DNA of 63,988 nucleotides, counting the filler, from Perkinsus olseni (Eukaryota): the NCBI GenBank assembly GCA_013115125.1. It is 6 parts of 6 records of this genome, joined end to end, with 100 filler letters (N's around TTAATTAATTAA, not from the genome) between each part and the next. Parts side by side here need not be neighbours in the genome. Positions count along the whole stretch, not along the records: positions 10,866 to 21,618 come from JABANN010000862.1; positions 21,719 to 32,402 come from JABANN010000863.1; 4 more parts are not named here. The stretch is one strand, 5' to 3'. The notes below the pieces were generated by a model. The model ran no database searches, had not been told where the DNA came from, and was given only the letters and a program-made list of their open reading frames with translations. Position 1 is the stretch's first letter; every line of letters begins with the position of its first letter. The translations under genes and the position numbers were made by a program. This document shows, piece by piece, positions 11,317 through 23,865 of the stretch.

Positions 11317-13780
11317 ATGTCTGTGAGTTCCGTAAGTGATGGTATCAGCTGCCCTCCCGAGCTGAGCCTCAGTGAGAAGATGAAGGCCTTGGAATCGCAA
11401 GAAGACCTCCTCAAAATAAACCCCCATCGCTATGTGATGTTCCCAGTTCACTATGACGCTATTTGGAACATGTAAGTCGCCTTCCGACGGAATTTTCGCG
11501 GTGATGGTTGCGCAGGTATAAGCAACACGAAGCTTCGTTTTGGACGGCAGAGGAAATTGACCTAGGGCAAGATCTGAGGGACTGGGACACTCTCACAAAA
11601 AACGAGCAGCACTTTATCAAGAACGTAACGCAGCAGTCGCTCTCGGTCGGTGTCTTTCACTTCGCTTTGCAGGTCCTCGCGTTTTTTGCAGCCAGTGACG
11701 GTATTGTGATGGAGAACCTTGCGTCCAAGTTCTCCTGTGAAGTGCAAATTCCCGAGGCCAGAGCATTCTATGGCTTCCAAACGGCGATGGAGACGATACA
11801 CTCAGAAACGTAATAACGGTGGTGTGCTTTTTTTACTGTAAATATGGAATTGGCTTTTACTAAAGTTACGGTACGATCATGAAACAGCGATGAAAACATG
11901 GGGATTTCTCTGTGAAAGCGTTCGGTAATGTGGCCATTCATTTCAAGTCTTATCGAGATTGAACTGACTCTGCATAAAAATGGTTAAACTGGTAGAGATG
12001 ATGACTTCGTAGATCAACGATATACTGTGTTCGAAGAGAGGCGCGCAGCTTCGACTAGTCACTCGTGCGGTTATTGAATTCAATTGTGTATGAGATGAGT
12101 CTGACCCTCTAATAAAGAGTCAGTATTTTATCCAGTGAAGGGTCTTCATCAGCATGATGAAACTGATATAGACGATGATTACGTAGCTCAACGACGAACT
12201 CTGTTCGACGACCGGCGCCGATCTCATTTTTCACAAGTCCTGATTTTCGTTCTCGGTAGGTATTCGCTCTTGATAGACACCTTCATAGAGGACGCGCAGG
12301 AGAAGGAGAGGATCTTCGAGGCCATTGAGACCATACCGTCAGTGCAGCACAAGGCTGAGTGGGCGTTGGCCTGGATCAACGACGATAATTGTTTTGCTGA
12401 GCGCCTTGTAGTGGAGGGGTGGTCGCCTGCCGTGTCCGAGGAAATGGTACTGTTCAGGTTGCGTATGCGTGCGTGGAGGGCATATTATTTTCCGGCTCCT
12501 TCTGTGCTCTGTTTTGGCTCAAAAAGCGCGGGCTGATGCCTGGGTTGACCTTCTCTAACGAGCTCATCTCGAGGGACGAGGGTGAGTTATTGTCTCTGAA
12601 TCTGAGCGTCACATGCTCGCTAGGTGGGTACTTTGAGAGTAAAAGTACCAGGACTGAGACTGATTGATGGAGTTTTTCCTGGTGCTCACTGGTTGACCAT
12701 GACCGGTTTGACGGCGCTCTTTCATTGCCTTCCTTGTCGGTGCGTGCGAGTTTATAGTCCAACGCTTACGGTTCAGGCTTATACTCGAAGTCTATGTGCT
12801 CAGTTGGAGACTTTCTGTAGCGTTGACATGCAGTGCGATCGGACAGATTGTCAAGAAGCTGTTGGCATTTGCGATACTATTCCATCCTCGGTCTGCTCAT
12901 TCTCAGGTCTCCATACTGACTTCGGCTGTCTGCTGTACAACATGTTACGCCACACAAGGCTGCCCGAGGAAAGAGTACAGGACATAGTTAGGGTAGGCGA
13001 CGGGGTTGATTGAGAGTAAGATACTTTCATTAATAAAAAGATAAGATATTTATATTTGTATAAAAAATATTTATGTATAACTAAATTTACTAATATTAAA
13101 AATCAATAGTTAGACATAGTCAGGGTGGTGACGAGGTCTATTACGAAGTAGAATACTTTGCTCGTCTTCTTCTGTTATGCAGAGCGCGGTAAACGTGGAG
13201 AGAGAGTTCATCACGGATTCCCTTCCTGTGGGCCTGATAGGCATGAACTCGGAGCTGATGGGACGATACATCGAGTTCGTCGCAGATCGCCTGCTTGTGG
13301 TAATAACGGCGGTGGTGGATCCTGCAGCTCGTTATGTGGTTTCTCAGGCTCTAGGGTACTCGAAGACTTATCACAGTACTAATCCGTTCGACTGGATGAC
13401 GATGATTTCCCTCCAAGGGAAAACCAACTTTTTCGAAAAGAGAGTTGGTAAGGAAGGGGTCTATCGCTGGGTAGTTGCTCCTCCGAGTTTTGTGGCGCAC
13501 GAAATACAGCTGTCTGTAGTAACAAGGAAACGCCAAGTGATTCACTTGAAGTGAAATGATGAGGCCCCCATGCGACATAATTGAATGAAGCCACATTTTT
13601 GGAATCCTCATCTTCCCGAGGAAGAGTGACAGCTGGCTTCTTTTTTTTGGAATACCTGCATCATCATCATCATCATCATCATCAGGTGAATATCAGAAGC
13701 ACGGTGTAATGGCATCTGCCGCTTCCGGTGGCGACTCTTCGGACCATGGGGCTGACTTCTCCCTCGACGAGGACTTCTGA
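11317..13780 (+). CDS. RNR2: Ribonucleotide reductase small subunit (class Ia R2), multi-exon
   Basis: [65 protein letters not shown]-terminal FSLDEDF*. Confidence 0.97.
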
Positions 13781-14791
13781 TGTGCTCACGCTCTCGACTA
13801 TTTCTGATCTTGGTCTGTTTCGGCTCCTGTTCTGCTGTGGTAGTATTTAGTTGCAAATGACAAAAAGCCAGGGAGCTCCCCTGAATATCTATGCTGGCTG
13901 GCATGAGGTCATGTTCAGCTAAGCAGAGTGAGTTGATTACGATGAAGCTAGTGGTAGTGCAGTAGGGCTGAGTAGTTGCTATTAGTGATGTTGTTTGTTC
14001 CTGGGAAACTTTTCTGATGTTTTGCGGACTATCGACCCCTATACGTTGCCCTTGTTGAATAACGTCCTCCTAGATTTCTTAAACGTTATTGGGATCGAGT
14101 TGGTTCAATAGTATTATTGGTGTGGGTAATGGTGGCTGTACATACCCACCGGGTCGAAGTGGAAGACGGCAACCATCACTCCTATCGCTGGGAACCACCA
14201 CACAGGGAATTGCTTGATAGCCAGCCACGCCATGGGTTCCACGGTGCCATCTCGCAGCGCTCGTGATACCGGCGCATAGAGTGAGTCTCAGGAAGGGACG
14301 ACGAGCCGGTAGTCTGTATAGCCACGGCCGCATGTTGTCCATTTCGGGATGCTTACTAGCCCAAGTCACGGGGGCCCCGTGGCTCGAGCCCCGCAAACCC
14401 GAGGCAATGCCAACGGTCGACAGGAGTACCGAGGGTTACGCCATTGAATGGCGGCCATTCGCCAGCGTCTACCTCTCGTTGTCGGTCTCATGCTCGGATA
14501 TTCGACTCGTGTAACACGAGTGAGTGTGGCCTCCTACGATACCCATTTTTCGGCACGTCAATCGAGGAAGCTTGCCGAGGAAGTGTACGGCGGCAGTACT
14601 ACCGCCAAATCCTGCCCGCGATGCGACACAGGAGCTGTCTGGGTGTTGTCTGCCGGAACAGGCAACCCAGAGCCAGCCGAGTATAAGTCGTGGAGCCAGC
14701 GGAGCATATCCTACAACAACAGGCATTCGCGCGTTGTGCGTGCGTGTAGACAACTTCTCGATAACTAACGGGTGTCAACGGACAAGCTATA

Positions 14792-17733
14792 CAGTACGCC
14801 CCATCTAGAAACGCGCAAACTGGGTGGGCATTTTGTCTCTCGTCTTGACGAGTTTGAGCCTGATTCCTCCATCGGATTCGCCATACTTGGTTACCCATAA
14901 GTTCAAGTCGCGCCCTCAAATTTTAAGGGCGCGACTTGAATTTTAAGGCTTAAAACTCGACAAAAAGTGTTTTGTTTAGTTTTAGACATTAAAGAGTTAA
15001 TGGGAGATACTTATTGGAAGCACACACAAGTTGAAAAAATTAGACTACACGTCTCCGGTTAAACTTGCCAACGTTGGACTGGCCTGTGGAAGCAGGCAAC
15101 ATTGGCGCTGGCCAATGTTTTCGATGTTTTCGGCGCTCCTTTCTCAGTCGCTTTATATCCTCCATGCTCATCCCATCTATGTAGCACTTGAGATACTTCC
15201 TGGATGACCTGAAGTGCTTGCGAATATGAGACATATTATTGCAAATATTAATAATGCGAGTGGGAGTTGATAGGCTAACAAATGACGGATGCAATCACAG
15301 ATCAGCATAGACTGATCAAATCATATCACTCGATTAGTAATGATGAGATGAATGATAATAGCTAGAATCATCATCTACACAATACAGCTGAAGTATCTTG
15401 TGTTGAAGGACGGATCATGGTCGTGGTTGGATCGTGAGTAGAGGAAGAATTGACAGAGCAGCACATTATCATAGCGCGCTCGCCACAGTTGCGGTTGAGG
15501 TTGGTAGGCACATGACGACGGCGCAGATCTTCGCATGATTCGGGTACAGTGAGACCAGGCGCGGATTACTCAAGAAGTGACCGTGGAAAGCGCCGTCGTT
15601 GGGTAGAGGCGTGTGCTCATTGAGCACAGCTCAGAAAAGGAACTTCTTGACGAATCGCCTCCTTCCAAGTGCAGGCCACTCCTTCAAGCTTGATAGAGAC
15701 AAGCTGGGCTGTCGCTTCATTCCACTCTGGTCGATCGAAGCGTCCAAGCCTTGGACTCCATTGGAGTCACTCCAAGCCTTGGAGTATCTCACTACTGACA
15801 GTAGTGAGATAGCGTTATACACATTAACACGATGTAGTTAGCATCACTACCGAATCTTTGGGGACAGACCGTTACAAAGATACGCGAAACGGTCAAGGCG
15901 AGGCGAAATGTGAGGCATCAAACGGAGCGAAGTATCATCATTATCATTATCAACCGCATTCTGCGAAATCCACGAGGCACCGCTCATTGTTGTAGTAGCC
16001 AATGGCTACTAGCCATCGACCGACACGTCCGAGACAGACACGGTGTGTTCCCCAGGCACGACAGGATCGTCGTTGCTGTAGCGGAATCCGCTAAGCGGAT
16101 GAACCCGGAGATCTCTGACAGAAAGTCCGAGGTCATCATGATCCGGCCAAGTGACTTCTGCCGCAGCTTAGTGAAAGTCCCATCCGACCAGTAGCGGCGC
16201 TGTGTATCCTTGCTATGATAAATCTTCTCATCTTGGGAGATCAGTATATGAGTGGCAGCGCTATTCTCTGCCTCCCCTAGGGTATAGTCCGACTATAATA
16301 GTCGTCCACTGTCCGTAGAGAGGGCCGGACCTCCTCCAATCCCTTATAGAGGCGCTGCCTATCAGCCACAACAATGTCGTGACGAAAACTTCCCTCTCGT
16401 GCCCATCCACATAAAGTGTGTTCTTCACCGAATGTACCGAGAACCCTAGAGCAGGCAGCCACCGAAGAATTGTACGATTGGAATACTTGTCACCTTCTCC
16501 GAGCTCCATTTCTGAGTTGACCCACTCAGCCAAAGCATCAGCCGTCAAGTTGGGACTGCCGTCCTTGCCAATAGAGTTTGCCTTGACGTGATGTCGGAAC
16601 CTCTCCCGGTAACCCTGATACTCAGCGTCAAAGAGGGGAGTCCTAACCTTCGAGTGCTTCCCGCGACGAATCGTCGCGGGAAGCACTCGAAGGTTGCTGT
16701 CGCCGACGATCCTCCTCCAAGTAATGAGCAGTCTCGAAGTCATGACACCATCTCTGAACGGAGGATGGCTTGAGGTCAAATAAGTCAGCCGCAAATTCTT
16801 CAACTATCTCGCGCGACTGCCATCCCCAGCAACCGTAAAATTGTGTCAGTTTGACACTGTCAGAGACACGTAGACAGCCAGCCTCTTCTTCAAGTGGAGA
16901 GACATGTCGTCCAAAGGGTTCGTTGATTGCGGAGCTTCCCATAAGCTAGACACGCCATCATCGCGTTCCTGCCTTTCTTCTGCCTAAGCTCCGTGACACC
17001 CTTACTCTGCGGCCTCGAGCCTTTCGGTGGCCAATTCACCGACTTCTGACGCTTAACAGATGGTTTGGGCTTATCCTTACGGTCAGCAGCACGCTTCTGA
17101 GCTTTTGTTAAGGGCTAGTTTCTTGTGTTGTAGCCGTGAACGTGTTGTCCTTTCGACTCCGCCTTCTTGCCAGATGCACCGGAAACTTTCGCTTGAGTCT
17201 TCAACCTCAGAGATTTTTTTCGCGACGTAGTCGATTCGATAGCACGCTTGTGGTGGGTAGTCAGGTCATCCTCTGCATTGCAAGCTGTCTGCGCAGCAGA
17301 AGTGGTAACTTTGGCTAGGCCCGATCTCTTCGGGGCTTGGCAACTGCTCTGGGAGGACCATTCAATAAGAATATAATTCAGGTGTGCGATCGTTGCTGGG
17401 TCAGGTGCACAAGAATTACCAAAATATTTTTTGTCGAGTTTTAAGGGCGCGACTTGGATTTATGGGTAACGGTTACCCATTAACCCGGTAACCATTGGTT
17501 ACCTTGGTAACCTGGTAACTTGGTTACTAACCAAGTATGGCGAATTCTATGGAAAAGGAATTAGTTTCAATTCGAATCTAATTCTTTTTCCACTTTTGAC
17601 TTTTTTCCTTCGTCTTGACGAGTTTGAACCGTTCAAACTCGTCAAGAGTCTTGACTCAAGACGAAGGAAAAAAGTGCCCGCCCGGTTTGCGCGACGCGAA
17701 ACGCGCGATGCGCGTTTCTAGAGGCGCGTACTG
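14792..17733 (-). mobile_element. Degenerate Tc1/mariner-IS630-type DNA transposon
   Basis: TA on both sides (14790-14791, 17734-17735); imperfect TIRs starting CAGTACGC..TCTAGAAACGCGCA; interrupted transposase pieces ILRWLPALGF..LYVDGHERE, QDEKIYHSKD..GRIMMTSDFLSE, RKYLKCY..RKHRKH. Confidence 0.8.
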
Positions 17734-18299
17734 TACACCATTCCGAAGAGCACATGTGAAAACCCTCGTTTATTACGAATACGTACTATTATAGCAGTAT
17801 TCACGGGATGCTGACTGGGGGCGGCATCATTTGTGCTGCGGCTCGGTGTTCTGCCATTTTGCCAGCTGTGTAACCGAAATGGTTGCAAGCGTATACTCCG
17901 TCTATGTTTATGCGTGCAGAGTAGTCTGGGCAATAGCTCTCTCGTAAGATCCATCTCACAAGCTCCCGTTGACCTTGTGTTCCACGTGTGGGTACGAGGA
18001 ATACAACACGGTGCTCTCTATTATATGGAGTCTTCGTATGCTTCTAAACTCATTTCTCGACACTGCTCCGGTCAACTCGCCCGTGCTCCCTCAGAGGAAG
18101 TTGTTATCAGCAGCTCTTCGTTCCCTTTCTCCTGGGGCCCTTCACATGTTTCTGATTCCCGTATGTTCCACCTGTTCGTATTGATCGTATGTATCAATAC
18201 GCCCTGATCGGAGGCGCCAATGCCGGCGTGCGCCATGGCCTTTGATTCTCGCCATACAGCCTGAACTAGCTGCGCAACACAAACCGTCGGTGGGCTTGA

Positions 18300-20000
18300 A
18301 GGTGATAGTCGTAATGTCGAAGGGACGAACCTCGAGTCATGGTTGTCGATTCCTATAAAATCGCAAAACGATTTCCGAGAATCGAATTTCATGGTGAAAC
18401 TTCGATGAAATTCGTTTCATTATCGGAAAAAGCAAATTTGTCGCTCCGTCGAACAGCGACGGATCATTCTTCCCTACCCCAGGGAGTAGTACCAAGGGGT
18501 AGTACCCTTTGAGCTCCTCTCGGTTCCTGGACCAGGAGCGCTTCAAGCGTTGAGCTTGTAGACGCTGTCTTTTGACGACGCCACGGACAGTATTTCAGCC
18601 TCCTTCGTTGAAAAGTTGCCATTGCCGACCAGTCATTGCCAATGACTGGTCGGCAATGACCAGTGACTCATTGGTGAGTCACCATCGGTGGCTAACTGTC
18701 CCAAAAAAACAAGGGATTAATAACCAAACAGTCAACCTAATACGCCGATCTCGTCGTCTCACCTAGGAACTGAGGTTGTCTTCGTTGCTTACTCATTTAT
18801 CTTTTCCTCTCTCAGGACTTCGAGAAGGTTGCTTATCACAGGCCAGTTATCGAGAAGCTTTCGGAGATATTTTACAGCTGATAACCAACATGTGGTTCGG
18901 AACCACGGGTTCCTATTGTTGGCACTAGTGTTCCTTTCATGGATATATACAATCGATTGATGAAAGACTGCTTCAAGAATTTCGCTGTGGTTGAGCACAA
19001 CGAAGTGGTATCTCCGAACTACCGTATCGCCGAGTATTTTGAGAGTCTGACTCGTCGGGACTTTGATCGGGTTTTCCTTCATGAGGTATTTGGTCACCAA
19101 AGCATTCTGGTGACTTAGACATCCCACACTCAGGCATATAGTGACACTATAATAGTGCCACCGCCAGGCGCCGGTTGACGAGACATATCCGACCTAACTA
19201 GGTCCCGCGAACTTGCTGACATTCGCAGCATTGTCAGTCAAAACTGCTCGCACGTTGAGTCCTCCTGAAACAGAAGACAACAGTGAGCGTTTATAGTTGC
19301 CTCGCATTGATTCGGGGAGGTTACGGCGTAACCGTTACGCGCGAAACCCTGATGAGTGTCTTACTTTCTTGCAGAGGGCGAATGCACTCGTTCTCTAGAA
19401 ATCTCTTTATGCAAACAGATGTTCCTTTTTCTCCAACCTCGAGCTCGCGGCCCTTGAAGGGCACAACTCTCGAGCCATACACGATACAAGCCGCAACCAC
19501 CTGACTTGACTTATTTGGAGGAACCCAGTAATCCATCGTCAGAGCCACGCTATTTAAACCAGCTCTTGTTTCAATGTCCAAGAGCACTTCCGGGGAGCCT
19601 GACAGCTCTAATGCTGCTCTAATAAAATTAACAGAGTTAACATCCGCATGTAATCGTTCGAAAAAACCGCTATGAGCACCAGAATAGGATGCGGAACACA
19701 GATGAACCACTTTATATGGTCGTGATTCAAAGAACGACCAGCTCGTCGGAATCCCCAGCTCAAAAATGAGGGCTTTCCGTCTGATACTATACATTTCAGA
19801 TTAGATTCCGAACGAAAGAAGGTATCTAGAGCAATGACTGCCCGGCAGTCACAATAGTAGAAGTGAGTCGATCAGCAAGTGGAGTATTCCACAGAAACTT
19901 ACTGCATGGACAAGCAATACCAAGAATATATCGAGGAACGACCGACGAAAAATGATAGTGTCGATGTCGAGCTGAACATCGGGCCACATATATCCTTCGC
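18300..20000 (-). pseudogene. hAT-like transposase remnant
   Basis: Interrupted ORFs with VALTMDYW (first catalytic Asp region), GCLSHQNAL (CxxH) and TTCWLS (TRW-S-like) in hAT order. Confidence 0.6.
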
Positions 20001-20026
20001 CACCACTTCAAACACTTGAATATTAG

Positions 20027-21440
20027 ATGAAAGTTTTTCCTGGTGCTCACTGGTTGACTATGACTAGTTTGCCGGAATCCTTGCATTGCACGGTTCCTTA
20101 TTGGTGCGTGTGAGTCTATAGCCCAACGCTCACGGTTCCGGCTAAGACTTTTGCCGATGTGCTCGATAGGGGACTTTCTGTAGCATTGACATGCAGTGCG
20201 ATCGGACAGATTGTCAAGAAGCTGTTGGCATTTGCGATACTATTCCATCCTCGGTCTGCTCATTCTCAGGTCTCCACACTGACTTCGGCTGTCTGCTGTA
20301 CAACATGTTACGCCACACAAGGCTGCCCGAGGAAAGAGTACAGGACATAGTCAGGGTAGGTGACGGGGCTGATTGAGAGTAAGATACTTTCATTAATAAT
20401 CATAATAAAAATAAGATATCAAGTCGTCTTCTTCTGTTATGCAGAGCGCGGTGAACGTGGAAAGAGAGTTCATCACGGATTCCCTTCCCGTGGGTCTGAT
20501 AGGCATGAACTCTGAGCTCATGGGACGATACATCGAGTTCGTCGCAGATCGCTTGCTTGTGGTAATAACGGCGATGGTGGATCCTGCAGCTCGTTATGTG
20601 GTTTCTCAGGCTCTAGAGTACTCGAAGACTTATCACAGTACTAATCCGTTCGACTGGATGACGATGATTTCTCTCCAAGGGAAAACCAACTTTTTCGAAA
20701 AGAGAGTTGGTAAGGAAGGGGTCTATCGCCGGGTAGTTGCTCCTCCGAGTTTTGTGGCGCGCGAAATAAAGCTCTATGCATCAAAGAGGAGAATGCAGCA
20801 TGAAAGGGTGAGGCCACCATGCCACACAGCAGCAGCAGTAGCTGGGGCTCGAAGCGGCACTCGGATACTGACCCGTGAGTCCTACCTGCTGCTGTCACGT
20901 GGCATAGTCCCCCCCCGTTTTCTTGAGATAAAGCAGCAGTCAGCTTTTCCTCAATCGTTCCATCTTCATTATTAGGTGAATATCAGAAGCATGGTATCAT
21001 GGCGTCTGCAGCATCCGGTGGTGACTCCTCGGACCACGGAGCGGAGTTCTCGCTTGACGAGGACTTCTGATGAGCAAACGTCCTCAACTGTTTCTGATCT
21101 TGTCTGCTTCGGCCTCTGTTCTGCTGTGGTAGTAGTAATTAGTTGCAATTGAGAGACGGCCGGAAAGCAACGGAGCGTTTCTGAATATCTTCGCTTGCTG
21201 GCATGAGGACATGCTCAGCTGAGCAGAGTGAGTAGATTATGATGAAGCTGTAGGTGGTGTAGTAGGGCTGCGTAGCTGTTATTCGTGATGTTTGTTCAAC
21301 TTGGTCAACTTTCCTGATGTTTTCTGGACCTGTACGTTGCCCTTGTTAAATAACGTCCTCTAAGATTTCTTAGACGTTATTGGGGTCGAGTTGGGTCAAT
21401 AGTATCAGTATGAGGAATGGTGGCTATGTCCACCGGGGCG
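20027..21440 (+). pseudogene. Partial duplicate of the RNR2 3' half (coding ends 21070) with flanking sequence
   Basis: Collinear with ~12665-14150; exons GLHTDF..., SAVNVERE..., [16 protein letters not shown]; no 5' exons upstream. Confidence 0.85.
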
Positions 21441-22201
21441 GCGCGAACGACGGCGAGGATCAATCCAGTGGCTGAAAACAAGCACCCAGGAATCGCGATG
21501 GCCATGATCATTCACGGGATCCAGTCTCTCTAGGTGAGCCATTCCCCGGAAAATTGGTCTAATCTATGCAAGCCACCCTAATCTATGCAAATTGTACTAA
21601 TCCAAGCCAACTCCTCTANNNNNNNNNNNNNNNNNNNNNNNNNNNNNNNNNNNNNNNNNNNNTTAATTAATTAANNNNNNNNNNNNNNNNNNNNNNNNNN
21701 NNNNNNNNNNNNNNNNNNTGAAAATGACATTGCAAGTGGTGCAAAAACAGGTGCTTAAAAGAACTCCGGTGAGGAAAAACGATTTACTCAAACTACTTCA
21801 CTGCTGGCAGCGCGCTGCGCGCAGTGCCGCACCCGTATATGCTACCTGCCCGCTTACAGTTTCGACTTTAGACTGAATATCGGAGGGTGGTAACCAGCCT
21901 TCGCCTCGTGTAAAGTAAAAGTATAGGCAGTGCCTATTAGGCACTTCGGCTGGTACAGTTTCCCCATCGTCGCAAATGAATCACCCCTATACCTCGAGGG
22001 CGGAAAGTCATGGGAGTCTCCTTGCAACGGTCTCGTCTTGCATGGACGGATAAGGAAGGAGGGTAGAGGGAAATCCCGCAACCTTTCATTTGGGGTGCAC
22101 TCGTGCTCACAGCCAATTCAAAGCTCCATCATCGTATGCCTGCTGCTTACTCTGCAGAATAGTGTATGGATTCTTCGTGAGTAACGAAATCTCGGAACCA
22201 C

Positions 22202-22273
22202 AGGTCCAATCGGGAGTCGAACCCGAGTTGCTGGATTCAAAGTCCAGAGTGCTGACCACTACACTATTGGACC
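22202..22273 (-). tRNA. tRNA-Gln(TTG)
   Basis: GGTCCAA...TTGGACC-T acceptor, anticodon arm CTGGA-CTTTGAA-TCCAG, GGTTCGACTCC. Confidence 0.95.
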
Positions 22274-22539
22274 ACGAAGATATCTATTGAGCTGCAATGT
22301 TGGCGTTGTCGATGGGACAACTTTCCACCCGCTTAGTTCCTGAGCCGTGCGTAATGCTGAGTCGACTCGGGTCTCATTGCAATGCAATGGATGCATGGGT
22401 TATTTCCTTATGCTAGAGTTAGATCTATGAAGTCACCTTTATAAGGAAAGGATGACGCCAGGTGAGGGGAGGGGCGTCAATAATTCAAAGCCTGCCACGT
22501 CAAAGAGCCCAGGATCCTTCACATGGATCTTATCATTGG

Positions 22540-22612
22540 GGTCTCGTGGCCTAATGGATAAGGCGTTGGTCTTCAGAACCAAAGATTGTGGGTTCGAGGC
22601 CCACCGGGATCG
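22540..22612 (+). tRNA. tRNA with Arg-type body and TCA anticodon (opal suppressor-like, or mutated Arg-TCG)
   Basis: GGTCTCG/CGGGATC-G acceptor, D-arm GCCTAATGGATAAGGC, anticodon arm TTGGT-CTTCAGA-ACCAA, T-arm GTGGG-TTCGAGG-CCCAC. Confidence 0.85.
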
Positions 22613-23159
22613 AGCCTCTTAGAGGATCTCTCTTATCGCATTCGTTTGAATCGGACCGGAGGCGCTCTTGAGGGAGCATCAACCTCGCGGAGACGCTCGT
22701 GGTCGGCACGAGCAGAACGTTGTTGACAAGCCGACCTGAAAGATCTCATGGTAGACCCTAGGTCACTCGTTGTCGAGCGTCAGCAAAATCAGCGTAGCTT
22801 AATTATCACATCCCTCGTCGGCAGGAACCAGATGAGCAACACAGCTCCAATCGTTGAATGAGTACCAAATGCATTAACGCTCCCCGAGGGACTGCGACTT
22901 AAAATGAGGAAGACATAATCTGGACCCTACGCAACATGTCTAGATCCGCGCAACGCTGGTGACGTTCCACGCAGGGCGCTCGGTATATGTGGTACTCCCA
23001 GCGCCGCGACGTTCATTCCGTGGTCGCGAATCCTAGCAAGAAAACACATCATGAGATGGTGGCCACCACTATGTGGAACGCTAGCACCAGTATTAGTGTA
23101 AGTAACACCTGTGGACTCCAACAGTGATCATTCTGTGTTATGGATTAAAGACCAACCAT

Positions 23160-23231
23160 AGTCGCTACCCGAATTTGAACCGGGGTTGTCATGGCCACAA
23201 CGTGAAGTCCTAACCACTAGACGATAGCGAC
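23160..23231 (-). tRNA. tRNA-His(GTG)
   Basis: Second full-length copy with a few substitutions (anticodon-stem mismatch, G-T pair in T-stem). Confidence 0.85.
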
Positions 23232-23865
23232 ACAGACACGCAACCATATTAATACTATTTCCCATGCTTCGGAATACCCAGTTCCATAAGTGCTACCGAG
23301 TTGACTGCACAGGGTTCCGATTCGAGCTTCTAGTCTCGCGAGCGAGTTCCTCTGGAGCATTTGCGTCAGCTGAGACCCCGGCTCACGAAGGCAAGGAACG
23401 CATCCTTCGCTAGCGACAATACATTAGGTTCAACCTTTACTCTCACACGGATCTGCCATACGACTATTTGAAACTGTGGCCCATCTGAACTGCCGCAGAT
23501 CAACTGCAAATTGTCAGACGCCAATTCTCGGAGCCCACCATTTTCTCAAGCCTCTGTTCCATAATAAACTCGAGAACGCTACTCAGTCTCCAACTAAGAC
23601 AGTCCGAATCGTCCCATCACCACTGATAAGCAAGCGGCATTTCGATAATTTCGATTTGACCCGAATGCAACGACCAAAGCCGCTTCCCCAGTATTGGTAC
23701 AACTCGACAACGCCAATATATGAACATCTACACAGGATGCGACAAGACTAGCCAGAATGTGAAACTAGAGCCATCAAGAAATGGCATGAATGAGAAGAAT
23801 TCAGAAAGATCTCGTGACAGGGGGATGCTGAGAACAGTATCTACACCAAGTAACAGCTGCTGTCC

